Origin: a virus
Taxonomy: Duplodnaviria > Caudoviricetes
DNA length: 64,000 nt
Reading direction: 5' to 3' (one strand)
IMG/VR virus record: IMGVR_UViG_3300031992_000012
Coordinates: 64,001-128,000 of that record
A program made the position numbers and the translations under genes. Under the pieces are notes generated by a model. It saw only the letters and a list, made by a program, of their open reading frames with translations, made no database searches and was not told the DNA's origin. How positions within the stretch are numbered: position 1 is the first letter of the stretch; each line of letters begins with the position of its first letter. This document shows positions 26,968 to 35,724 of this stretch, one piece after another.

Positions 26968-27876
26968 ATGATAGACTGGACTGCCGTTAAGAAAGCAGCC
27001 GAGTTCACCCCGGAGGCCCTGGCCGACCTTGACTACTACAAGGACTGGGAGACCCCGGAGGAGAAGGCTGAGGACGAGAAGACATCCAAGCGCAACATCA
27101 AGCAGTACCAGGAGTGGTACAAGGACTACACGCCGAAGGAGCTTCTCAAGAGATACGCGGAGTCCGAAGACTACAACGACCGTCTCAAGCGCAGGCTGGA
27201 CGAGCTTAACTACACCATAAGCAGTCATTTCCCGGTGGACAGCACGATGGACCCGGCACTCCGCATAGACAACATGTCCCGCGAGAAGCTTCTGCAGAAC
27301 GCCAGGCGTGTCCTTAGCTGGCAGCGATACGTGACAAAGGGAGCGACCGACGTCGCCGTCTCCCCCATATACTCCAACTTCGACAAGTACGCCGACCACG
27401 GTGTAAGCGACAAGGACTGGAAGCTTCTGACGGACTCCTTCGCGGAAGCCCGCAAGGCGTCACCGAACATCGAAGGCTACGGCGACGAGTGGGAGGCCGA
27501 CGAGGCAATCACAAACGGCATACCGCTGCGCATAACAGCCGGTGGCAAGGACATCGGGGCGGCCTCCTTGCATGGCGGAAGGAGCGAAATCCGCATAGAC
27601 GAGCTGGGACTCCTGCCGGAACACCAGGGCAAGGGATACGGGCGTGAGGCGCTCAAGCAAATAGCCCGTCACATCCTTGAACGCCGCAAGAGCGAATGGA
27701 CGTATCCGTGGGGTCTCGACTACCACAAGGGCATCGGCATAGGCGCCGACACGGCGAACACCCGCGCCAACCACCTTTACAGCTCGTTCGGCTTCAAGCC
27801 CGTCGAGAAGGAGGATACTTATATCAAGTACCACATGCCTTTCGACAAGGCCAGAAAGATAACAGGCGTGAAATGA
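26968..27876 (+). CDS. GNAT acetyltransferase with MIDW leader
   Basis: MIDWTAVKKAA; IDELGLLPEHQGKGYG; N.RA.HLYSSFGF. Confidence 0.85.
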   Translation: MIDWTAVKKAAEFTPEALADLDYYKDWETPEEKAEDEKTSKRNIKQYQEWYKDYTPKELLKRYAESEDYNDRLKRRLDELNYTISSHFPVDSTMDPALRIDNMSREKLLQNARRVLSWQRYVTKGATDVAVSPIYSNFDKYADHGVSDKDWKLLTDSFAEARKASPNIEGYGDEWEADEAITNGIPLRITAGGKDIGAASLHGGRSEIRIDELGLLPEHQGKGYGREALKQIARHILERRKSEWTYPWGLDYHKGIGIGADTANTRANHLYSSFGFKPVEKEDTYIKYHMPFDKARKITGVK

Positions 27877-28448
27877 TAGACTGGATAGCGGTCAAACAGG
27901 CTTCGGTCACCCTGGAGGACATACCGACCCTCCCGGACGACCCCGCCATGTTCAGCCCGGACGACAGGAAGCTCCTTGAGAGCACCCTGCGCGTCATCGG
28001 AGACGCTTCCGGCGAGCCCTTCGAGACTCATGAAGAGATGACCGGCGAGCTCGCGAGAATAGTGACGCGAGGACATCCTTACCGCATAATGAGCGACGGC
28101 AAGCCTGCCGGCATAGCCGTCACGGGCGGTTTCAGCCACTGGGACGACGACAATAAGAAGTTGTACATCGGCAAGTCGATTGACGAGCTGGGCCTTCTGC
28201 CGGAGTACCAGGACAAGGGCATAGGCAAGGAGGCAATAAAGCTGCTTGTCCGCGACATGCTGAAGGACAAGCCGAAATGGCTTCATATAGCGCACGCCAA
28301 CGCCAACCCCAGGGCCGCGCATGTGTACGGCGAGATGGGGTTCGCCCACCCGATGAAGTGGGACGAGAGGGCGACCTCCCTTCATATGAAGGGAAGCGAC
28401 GCCAGAAGGAAAGTCAAGGAGTGGTTCGCCGGAGAGGCGGACGCATGA
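27873..28448 (+). CDS. GNAT acetyltransferase with MIDW leader
   Basis: MIDWIAVKQAS; IDELGLLPEYQDKGIG; NPRAAHVYGEMGF. Confidence 0.85.
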   Translation: MIDWIAVKQASVTLEDIPTLPDDPAMFSPDDRKLLESTLRVIGDASGEPFETHEEMTGELARIVTRGHPYRIMSDGKPAGIAVTGGFSHWDDDNKKLYIGKSIDELGLLPEYQDKGIGKEAIKLLVRDMLKDKPKWLHIAHANANPRAAHVYGEMGFAHPMKWDERATSLHMKGSDARRKVKEWFAGEADA

Positions 28449-28477
28449 CTCTTTTTTAGCTGCTAAAATAAGGGCTT

Positions 28478-28519
28478 CAAAGGCCGTGGATCGACTTGAA
28501 TCCACGGCCTTTGTTTTTT
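28478..28519 (+). terminator. intrinsic terminator
   Basis: CAAAGGCCGTGGA/TCCACGGCCTTTG plus T6. Confidence 0.8.
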
Positions 28520-28577
28520 GCTAAAAACACCCCTTTTTCGTGTAAGAATCACTTAATGGGAGAAGTTAATTCCCCCG
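28520..28577 (+). promoter_or_regulatory. putative phage promoter motif plus GTTA-loop hairpin
   Basis: GCTAAAAA..GTAAGAATCACTTAA followed by GGGAGAA-GTTAA-TTCCCCC. Confidence 0.55.
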
Positions 28578-28624
28578 ATTTTATTTTTAGTTCACACTCA
28601 AAAAACAAAAAGGAGAAAACAATT

Positions 28625-30088
28625 ATGAGTGACTGGAAAACCGATTACGACAACGCCGTCGCGACTGTGCAGGACATCCTCTTCAACAAGTACAAGCTCG
28701 ACCCGAACCAGTACTACAGATGCTGCAGCGGCGTCGACTCCTATTTCGGTTCGCACAACATCAAGAAAATCGACAAGTGCATAAACTTGCCCGGGTGGCA
28801 CATCTACGCCTGGTTCACGCTCTCCGGCCCGGAGTACTACGCTACCATGGGAGAGGCCATCGAACGCTTCATGATGATTCCGTCGTACAAGGATGTCGCG
28901 TGCGACCGTTTCGACCCTCTCGCCCCCGCCCGTGGCATCATCTGGAAAGACCCGAAGGGTCTCGCCAACAAGCATTTCCCCTACTACAATCCAGGCGTCA
29001 AGAAGGACGGGCGCAACTCGTCTGCCGACGACGGGCGGTCAACGTCGAAGAACGTCGACAAGAAGAGATACTCCTGCGATGATGATTGTCCGAACAAGTA
29101 CACGGACGTCTGCAATGACTGCCCGTTCAACCCGTCTTCCAAGCGTGACGAAGTCTGCACAGAGGGGCGCAGGGAAGACAAGGACAAGTCCGCCGACAAG
29201 GTCGCCGAGCTTCAGCGAATTTTGTTCGACGAGCACAAGCTCTCCCGCACTGAATACCTCCCCACCAAAATCGGCGTCCGCTCCGACGACCTCCACTTCA
29301 ACACCAGCAAACGCATCGAGACGTCCAACGACGGCGCCCATTTCCTCGTGTCCGGCTGGTTCGGCTGCGAGCTGTTCTCGGACCTCGACGAGGCCGTCAA
29401 GCGCTTCCTCGAGATTCCGCCGCTCCGCGACGTCCATCTCAGCGACTATCACGGATTCGCATCGCCCTCGGTTTCCTGGAAAGACCCCAGGGGCAAGATC
29501 AACGAAAAGTTCCGCTACCTCGACCCGTGCGCGCCGCGCCATACCGATGTCCACGAGACTTGTCATAACCCCTGGCAGTCTCAGGAGGAGCTCGACAACA
29601 TGTTCGCACGCCAGGGCATTGTCCGGAATCACGCTCTCAAGGGCAAGCTATCCAGGCTCGACACGCTTCTCGGGGTCACGCCCCGCCGCCAAAGCGAGAC
29701 ATGGCTCTGGAACCACGGCTTCGTCCCGGCTTCCGAGTCCTTCCGCTTCACGCCCGACGCGCACAACGAACCGTCCAACGCCATCTCTCTGGAGACCGAC
29801 AAATGGACACGGGACATCGACGTCGTCTGCAAGACCAACAGCGAACTGACATTCAAAATCAAGCTGACCGTACTTCTCATCGACGGGAAGTGGCGTGTCG
29901 ACTGCGAAGTCGTTGCCGGTGAAGACCCCCGGACTACCGTCTACTTTAACGCCCGAGTCAAGATTGGCGAGCGGTGTTTCAAGAACGCGGAGCTCCATGA
30001 CACCGTCGAGGAGGCCTTCGGAGCCCTGCATGCCAAGATCGAGGCTGTCTACGACAAGCTCTCCGACATCGAGGAGGCGCACGAATAA
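28625..30088 (+). CDS. multidomain hypothetical protein with an internal duplication
   Basis: Two copies of an ILF..KL....Y / WF / EA..RF..IP...DV / WKDP.G domain; the C-terminal domain resembles the next gene. Confidence 0.8.
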   Translation: MSDWKTDYDNAVATVQDILFNKYKLDPNQYYRCCSGVDSYFGSHNIKKIDKCINLPGWHIYAWFTLSGPEYYATMGEAIERFMMIPSYKDVACDRFDPLAPARGIIWKDPKGLANKHFPYYNPGVKKDGRNSSADDGRSTSKNVDKKRYSCDDDCPNKYTDVCNDCPFNPSSKRDEVCTEGRREDKDKSADKVAELQRILFDEHKLSRTEYLPTKIGVRSDDLHFNTSKRIETSNDGAHFLVSGWFGCELFSDLDEAVKRFLEIPPLRDVHLSDYHGFASPSVSWKDPRGKINEKFRYLDPCAPRHTDVHETCHNPWQSQEELDNMFARQGIVRNHALKGKLSRLDTLLGVTPRRQSETWLWNHGFVPASESFRFTPDAHNEPSNAISLETDKWTRDIDVVCKTNSELTFKIKLTVLLIDGKWRVDCEVVAGEDPRTTVYFNARVKIGERCFKNAELHDTVEEAFGALHAKIEAVYDKLSDIEEAHE

Positions 30089-30471
30089 TGCTGGAGAATC
30101 TCGAGCAAATCTTCGACCTGCCATTCTCCCGGAAGAGCGAAATCTGGCTGTGGCAGCACGGCTTCGACCCGCTGGTCCACCATTACGGAATCGACCAGTG
30201 GGTGCGGAAACTGACCCTCGGCGAACCGCCGCACGGGTTCATCGTAATCGTCGTCGCAAGACGAACCGGGGAGGAGTGGACCGTCTCCTACGAGGTCCGC
30301 CCCTCCGATTATCCCAACATGGACGAGACCGTCTTCCGAAAGGCCAAGGTCAATCCCTACAACGCCTATACAAGCAGGCGCCACAAGGATGTCTTCGATT
30401 GCTTCAAGGAAATCCAGGACGAGTTCCTGCGAGTGCACGGCGTTTTCAGCAATGTACAGGAGTGCCAATGA
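30088..30471 (+). CDS. hypothetical protein (paralog of the preceding C-terminal domain)
   Basis: SEIWLWQHGF vs SETWLWNHGF. Confidence 0.75.
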   Translation: MLENLEQIFDLPFSRKSEIWLWQHGFDPLVHHYGIDQWVRKLTLGEPPHGFIVIVVARRTGEEWTVSYEVRPSDYPNMDETVFRKAKVNPYNAYTSRRHKDVFDCFKEIQDEFLRVHGVFSNVQECQ

Positions 30472-30830
30472 AGGAAGTTAAAATCTACGAATGCGAGAAG
30501 TGCGGTTATAGGTCGGAAAGCAAGGGGCAGATGGAGGACCATGAGAAGGCCCACATGGCCCTCTGGCGTTTCCAGTTCAACTGGCCCAAGTTCAACATGG
30601 AGAAGGACAACGCCTTTGTCGAGTACGAGAAGGTGGACCTTGTCCCGGCCTTCGTCGACGAAGTGTTCGTCTGGGACCGCAACAACAGCGTCTCCCTCGC
30701 CATGTACGTCACCGAGCCGGACGAGAAGAAGGCCGTCGAGTTCTTCGAGAAGAAAATCGACGAGTACCTGCGCCTGCTCAACAGCATGAAAGCGGTCTGC
30801 TTCAGCCGCCTGGAGGACAGTCTGGGATGA
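30468..30830 (+). CDS. C2H2 zinc-finger family protein
   Basis: YECEKCGYRS..KGQMEDHEKAH. Confidence 0.8.
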   Translation: MKEVKIYECEKCGYRSESKGQMEDHEKAHMALWRFQFNWPKFNMEKDNAFVEYEKVDLVPAFVDEVFVWDRNNSVSLAMYVTEPDEKKAVEFFEKKIDEYLRLLNSMKAVCFSRLEDSLG

Positions 30831-31168
30831 GCATTGCCTATGACATGCACGGGGGAAGCGACGAACTTGATCACAACCATGTTCACGGAGTGATGATCGA
30901 GGCGAGGCTCAAAAAGGACTTCCATATCGACTACTCCATCCGCTACGTGATCGTCGGGGGCAATGAGAAGTTCAACGAGGTGTCTGTGAAGACTAGCTGC
31001 GAGTACGACTTCGTGGACACCCTCGTCTTTTTCAGAATCCTGACGACCAGCAACCCAGTCGACATAGCGGAAGGCAGGAGAAGGTTGACGACGTGCGTAG
31101 CCGTCAACCTCGCCCGGGCCGCCACGCATGTCAGCAGGATAATACACGAAGCCAAGGAGCCGACATGA
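30827..31168 (+). CDS. hypothetical protein (finger-less family relative)
   Basis: Paralog of the next ORF (DFHIDY / GRRRL..ATHVSRII). Confidence 0.7.
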   Translation: MSIAYDMHGGSDELDHNHVHGVMIEARLKKDFHIDYSIRYVIVGGNEKFNEVSVKTSCEYDFVDTLVFFRILTTSNPVDIAEGRRRLTTCVAVNLARAATHVSRIIHEAKEPT

Positions 31169-31479
31169 GCGCAGCCGAAAGAAACTGGTTCTTTGAAACG
31201 GCGGACCACTGCGCCATACAGTCGGTCACCGTCAGCCCGGACTTCTCAGTTGACTACGACGTGGAGGCAACGAACGTCTCGGTGTCCAAGGGCCGCCTCA
31301 ACAAGGTCTTCAGCGACAGTGGCCGCTACGCCCCTTACATGGTCAAGCTATCCATAACCACCTACGACAACGAGCAGGACATGCGCCGTGGACGGCACAA
31401 GCTGTTTGCGGCGCTGTCTTCCAGAATCGGCCGCATGGCGACAGAACTAAGCGAAATCATAAAAAAGCAAGGAGGCTAG
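31165..31479 (+). CDS. hypothetical protein (finger-less family relative)
   Basis: DFSVDY / GRHKL..ATELSEII. Confidence 0.7.
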   Translation: MSAAERNWFFETADHCAIQSVTVSPDFSVDYDVEATNVSVSKGRLNKVFSDSGRYAPYMVKLSITTYDNEQDMRRGRHKLFAALSSRIGRMATELSEIIKKQGG

Positions 31480-31480
31480 A

Positions 31481-31822
31481 ATGTACGCGTTAATAACGGT
31501 AAGCGAAGCCCTGCTTGACGACGGGAAGTTCGTTTTCGACATCAAGCGCAAGCGGGACATCGTCTATTTTGACAAGCTCCGCCTGGGGAAACCGTTCACG
31601 GTTGAGCGAAGCGTATCCAACATCCCGCCGAATGAACGGTCGAGGAAAGGCGGATACAAGTACGACATATCCGACAAGGTATGGCGGATCTGGGTCGACG
31701 CCAAGGACATCGACAAGGGCATGGCCGCTCTTACGGAGCACATCAAGGCGCATTTCAACGCGCGGCTGAAAAAGCTGGACGAGGGAATATTCCCAAGGAA
31801 GGACTGCAAATGGACGGACTGA
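31481..31822 (+). CDS. hypothetical protein (finger-less family relative)
   Basis: AAGGAGG RBS; WRIWV..KDIDKGMAAL. Confidence 0.7.
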   Translation: MYALITVSEALLDDGKFVFDIKRKRDIVYFDKLRLGKPFTVERSVSNIPPNERSRKGGYKYDISDKVWRIWVDAKDIDKGMAALTEHIKAHFNARLKKLDEGIFPRKDCKWTD

Positions 31823-32139
31823 CGGAAAACCGCAGGATTTTTCTTAACGACGAGAAGGGCGTGTTCAAATTCTCTGTCGAGGCTTCTCTCGTGACGGACG
31901 ACAAATTCCCGCCGTTCTACAGAGTATGGCAGAACAACGCGCACGCTCTTCCAATCACCGTCAGATGGAACCGCCAGTGGGGCGTGCGTGTAAGGACGGG
32001 GGACGAGGAAAAGGGGAAGAGGCTGCTGATAATAGCGGCCCTTAAGGACACGGAGGACATGTTCATGAATCTTTCAAGACTTCTTAAAGGAGAACCGCAG
32101 AATGAAGATAACAACAATAACGGAACAGGACATTCTTAA
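31810..32139 (+). CDS. hypothetical protein (finger-less family relative)
   Basis: WGVRV..GDEEKGKRLL. Confidence 0.65.
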   Translation: MDGLTENRRIFLNDEKGVFKFSVEASLVTDDKFPPFYRVWQNNAHALPITVRWNRQWGVRVRTGDEEKGKRLLIIAALKDTEDMFMNLSRLLKGEPQNEDNNNNGTGHS

Positions 32140-32863
32140 GGCGCCGCCACAGGAGCTGTATTCGCTGCTGTCACTCGTGGCGCAAGCATGCTCGCTGTTC
32201 ACCCGGCTACTTCAATACCCGTTGCTGAACCTTGACGGCGAGGCTTGCCTGGGCGTGGAGCGCGTCGACATGAAGGACGGACGGTGGCAGTTCACGCTGA
32301 TGCTCTACGACAGCAGGGAAACCTGGTACGAGACCGGCGATTGCATGGAATGCACGAGGAAGGCGCTTGAGCATGTCAGGAACTCAATCGCGGCCTCCTT
32401 CCTCAAGAAGGTCTACCCTGACAGGAACATCGAGCTGATCGAAGGTCTTGTTGTGTTCGTGGGGCACAATGTCGAGCGGCTTGCCGATGCCAACGGCTGG
32501 CGGTACGACATGCTCGACGAGAACCGGCATCCCGACGACCTCGTCGAGATGGGCAGGGACATCGTGGCGCGCCTCAAGGAAAACGGGGAGCAGCGAATCA
32601 TCAAGGTGAACAACCCGGACACCCTGCAGTCAATCAACCTTCACGCGATGGACATGGATGTCTACGACAAGGTCCAGTTCATCCTCATGGAGGGCGACAA
32701 GGCCGTCGACGTCGGAAAGGACACCGACAAGCTGTTCGAGACATTCACGCCGTCTTTTGACAAGCTGCAGGCGCTTCGCACGAAGCTGCTTCATGAAAAC
32801 AAGTACAAACGCAATCCCGACAGGGAAAAGGAGGACAACATGGATGGACAGGAACAGATGTGA
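32102..32863 (+). CDS. protein with a degenerate ABC/AAA-ATPase-like C-terminal half
   Basis: LVVFVGHN (P-loop lacks GKS), DENRHP, QRIIKVNNP. Confidence 0.5.
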   Translation: MKITTITEQDILKAPPQELYSLLSLVAQACSLFTRLLQYPLLNLDGEACLGVERVDMKDGRWQFTLMLYDSRETWYETGDCMECTRKALEHVRNSIAASFLKKVYPDRNIELIEGLVVFVGHNVERLADANGWRYDMLDENRHPDDLVEMGRDIVARLKENGEQRIIKVNNPDTLQSINLHAMDMDVYDKVQFILMEGDKAVDVGKDTDKLFETFTPSFDKLQALRTKLLHENKYKRNPDREKEDNMDGQEQM

Positions 32864-33201
32864 GAACTGCGGATATTACGAAAATGCGGGCGGCTATTCC
32901 TATTGTCTTCGCCATTCGCCGATACTGATCGTCGACCCCGAGAAGGGGGCGCAGACACAGTGGGGCCGGACAGCCCCTAAAAGAGTGGTGCTCGGAATTC
33001 CGCGACGCCAAGCTGCACATACGTGGCGACAACTGCTGCCGCCACTGCCGCAACGCTTTCATAAGGGACAACGGGCAGCTTACATGCTGCAAGAATCCCC
33101 CGGCATTGCAGTTCAACAAGGCAAACACAATATGGCATCTATCCATCAGCGCCGACATGTGGTGCGGTGAATTCGAGTCAAAGGACGCCGACCATGATTA
33201 G
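32844..33201 (+). pseudogene. frameshifted Cys-rich two-repeat protein (paralog of 35341..35724)
   Basis: Frame 0 CENC..CLRHSP continues in the +1 frame as EWCSEF..CRHC..CKNPP..WCGEF; one extra base near 32974-32982. Confidence 0.65.
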
Positions 33202-33505
33202 GAAGACAAGCTATCTGCAGGAGGTGCCCTTCGTGCACTACGAGGGGCCGGGGTCGCTCAAGGACGTGCGCGCCATCGTGCGCATGGCCAACAGGCACGA
33301 CCCAATCTACGAGGTGGTGGCGAAGAAGGGCGAGGAGCCCTATGTCGCCTACTACACCGGATACCAGCATGGAAGCATCCGCCTGAAGAACGACTGCTTC
33401 CTTGTCTGGTTCGACAAGGAGCTCGTGGTCATGGACGCCATGACGTTCTGCCACAAGTTCGGAACCTACCGGCGAGTAGTGGACGAAGAGCATTACGGGA
33501 CATGA
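33194..33505 (+). CDS. hypothetical protein
   Basis: Coupled ORF; weak paralog of 34138. Confidence 0.7.
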   Translation: MIRKTSYLQEVPFVHYEGPGSLKDVRAIVRMANRHDPIYEVVAKKGEEPYVAYYTGYQHGSIRLKNDCFLVWFDKELVVMDAMTFCHKFGTYRRVVDEEHYGT

Positions 33506-33514
33506 GGAGGCCCA

Positions 33515-34141
33515 ATGGAAGAACTTAAATTCAACACCAAGGACGTCGGCCGCCTGAAGGAAGGCGAGATACGCGTAGCCGGAATCACGCTGCTGACCGG
33601 CGACGTGGATTTGTCCGACATATTCTCCGACATCATCATGAGCCCCGGGTCGTGCACGGTAGAGGGCGACTGCTCGCTCTCCGACAGGCCAGGCCCGGAC
33701 ATTTTTCGCGGCATCATCTACGGCAATGTCCGCATGGACGATCATGGAAACCCGCAGATAGAGTCGCCGGACTCGCTGTTAGGGAGAAGGACGTACGTGC
33801 TGCGCCAGCCCGAGGTGGGCCAGTACTATCAAATCGACCGGAACTACGGGCACTACATCTACCCTCCTAAGCAGCTCAAGATAGTCGAGGAGCTTGTGTC
33901 ACTGTTCAACAGCGGCGTGCGCATAATCGTGCTGTCAAACAGCGACTACGTCCTGTTCGGGCTGCGCATCGCGCTGAAGAACGGGCTGATAACGCCCTCC
34001 GACCTTTCGATCGTCTACTTTCAGGACGACGGACGTGCAATCGACTACGTCGGCATACGCTCCTACCCGGACGGGATGCTGGAGGACTGGCCGATGGGTT
34101 TCTTCGACACGTTTGACAAATGCCTTATGGAGCTAATGTGA
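33515..34141 (+). CDS. DUF3696-like, degenerate ABC-ATPase-derived protein
   Basis: ITLLTG (no GKS), LRQPE, YPPKQ, GVRIIVLSNSDYVLFGLRIA, DGMLEDWPMGFFD. Confidence 0.65.
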   Translation: MEELKFNTKDVGRLKEGEIRVAGITLLTGDVDLSDIFSDIIMSPGSCTVEGDCSLSDRPGPDIFRGIIYGNVRMDDHGNPQIESPDSLLGRRTYVLRQPEVGQYYQIDRNYGHYIYPPKQLKIVEELVSLFNSGVRIIVLSNSDYVLFGLRIALKNGLITPSDLSIVYFQDDGRAIDYVGIRSYPDGMLEDWPMGFFDTFDKCLMELM

Positions 34142-34398
34142 CAGGAAAGGAAAACGAACCGCATTGCGTTTTCAACGGCGTGAGTGTCAAGTCGCTGAAG
34201 GCGCTGTGCGAGAAGGCAAGCAGGGAGACCTTGTCCGACTGGGTGGTAACCAGGGAGGACGGCAAGGTCTTCATCGACCGCTATGACAACAACATCCCCC
34301 ACAGGACGCGTGTCAACGAGGGGGACGCCGTAATCTTCCACAACGGATGGCTTTTCGTATGCCCCGAAGAGGAGTACAGGAGGTTCCATGGCGAATGA
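34138..34398 (+). CDS. hypothetical protein
   Basis: GTGA overlap; VNEGDAVI..LFVC.EEEY. Confidence 0.65.
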   Translation: MTGKENEPHCVFNGVSVKSLKALCEKASRETLSDWVVTREDGKVFIDRYDNNIPHRTRVNEGDAVIFHNGWLFVCPEEEYRRFHGE

Positions 34399-34780
34399 GT
34401 ACACACCTACAAAACGGGACAAGCCGGACTTCGAGACGTCCAGCCACTACAAGGGCGACATGTGGGACAAGCCGCTGGGGCACTGCTGCAACTGCAGGTT
34501 CTTCCGGATGGACGACTACATAATGAAACCCGGCGACCCGAGTATGCTTGTGCATTTCTGCGCCCTTACGACGTCGTACACCGCCGACTGCCGTCCTTAC
34601 AAATGCGTAGCCTACCGCTACTGGTACATGGACAGGCTAAGAAAGCGTAGGAAGCGTCTGAAGGAAATAGGCGACTTGGCGCTTGCGGTATTCCTCCTCC
34701 TGCTGCTGATATGCGTGGTGGCGGGAATAATCACGGGCGTTTCAATTCTGATAGTCAACGGGATAAGGGGGATGAAATGA
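34388..34780 (+). CDS. Cys-rich protein with a C-terminal TM helix
   Basis: CCNCRFF..C..C..C; AGGAGG RBS. Confidence 0.7.
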   Translation: MANEYTPTKRDKPDFETSSHYKGDMWDKPLGHCCNCRFFRMDDYIMKPGDPSMLVHFCALTTSYTADCRPYKCVAYRYWYMDRLRKRRKRLKEIGDLALAVFLLLLLICVVAGIITGVSILIVNGIRGMK

Positions 34781-35082
34781 GAAAAGGGACGCCTTTCATG
34801 AGCCGTGTAATCCTTACCGAGCGGGAGCTCGGGTATTCGGTGCAAATCGAGAAGGCCTGCTATCCCGACATGCACTGGGACGGGAAGATTGTCGCCATCC
34901 CTGCCGTTGTTTGCGCGGACGGCCGTGTCCGGCAGGACAGGGAGTGGTGGACGTTCTCGAAGCCGGGCAAGGAGGACATACGCCAGACGGTCTTCGCCCT
35001 GTGCGAACAGGCGAGGAAGGACAATCAGACAAGGACAGACAATCTGGAGAAGTTCGTTAATGAAAGAAATAAAGGTAAGTGA
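34777..35082 (+). CDS. hypothetical protein
   Basis: ATGA overlap. Confidence 0.65.
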   Translation: MRKGTPFMSRVILTERELGYSVQIEKACYPDMHWDGKIVAIPAVVCADGRVRQDREWWTFSKPGKEDIRQTVFALCEQARKDNQTRTDNLEKFVNERNKGK

Positions 35083-35344
35083 TTTGATCAAGCTCCTGCA
35101 GGGTGTCCTGAAGGAGCATGGCGATTTGGACGTCTGCACCTACGACGACGAGCGCTGCCGTCTGTACCCGCTTGTCAACGACGGTCGCGGGCCTGATCTC
35201 ATGGTGCTTCCGAACCAGTACCGTCCGTCGTACGGCGACGACGACTGGGACAAGTCCAAGGAGGACGAGTACCACAAAATCGAGTACCCGATGTGCAGCA
35301 AGGACTGCGCGAAAAACCTTACGCCAAAGGTATTCGTCGTATGA
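35060..35344 (+). CDS. hypothetical protein
   Basis: IKVSDLIKLLQ..LKEHGDLDV, an N-terminus common in small phage proteins. Confidence 0.7.
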   Translation: MKEIKVSDLIKLLQGVLKEHGDLDVCTYDDERCRLYPLVNDGRGPDLMVLPNQYRPSYGDDDWDKSKEDEYHKIEYPMCSKDCAKNLTPKVFVV

Positions 35345-35724
35345 AAGGAAAGTGCGAGACCTGCCTGTACGCCCGCGAGGAGCCGGGTTGCGTCCGCTGC
35401 TACCGTTATCCGCCAAGCGTGGTGTCGTATGAGGGCAGGCTTGAACAGGTATTCCTGAAGGTGGTGCCGAACACGGTGTGCGGAGAGTATGTGAACAAGT
35501 ACGACCGCCCTGACGAGGATCGCCCGGGTGTTGTGCATACCTGCGCAACGTGCGAATACCTGAATCCTGAGGCGACGGGCCTGTTCTGCCTCAGATACCC
35601 GCCGACGGTGCTTGTGCACAAAGGCGGAATAATAAGCGCCACTCTCTGCGTGAACTCCACCGGCTTCTGCGGGGAGTGGAGGAAACGGGACAATCCCGAA
35701 GAACAGCATGGAGAGGCACAATGA
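35341..35724 (+). CDS. Cys-rich two-repeat (CxxC..C.RYPP..CGE) protein
   Basis: CETC..CYRYPP..CGEY and CATC..CLRYPP..CGEW. Confidence 0.75.
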   Translation: MKGKCETCLYAREEPGCVRCYRYPPSVVSYEGRLEQVFLKVVPNTVCGEYVNKYDRPDEDRPGVVHTCATCEYLNPEATGLFCLRYPPTVLVHKGGIISATLCVNSTGFCGEWRKRDNPEEQHGEAQ

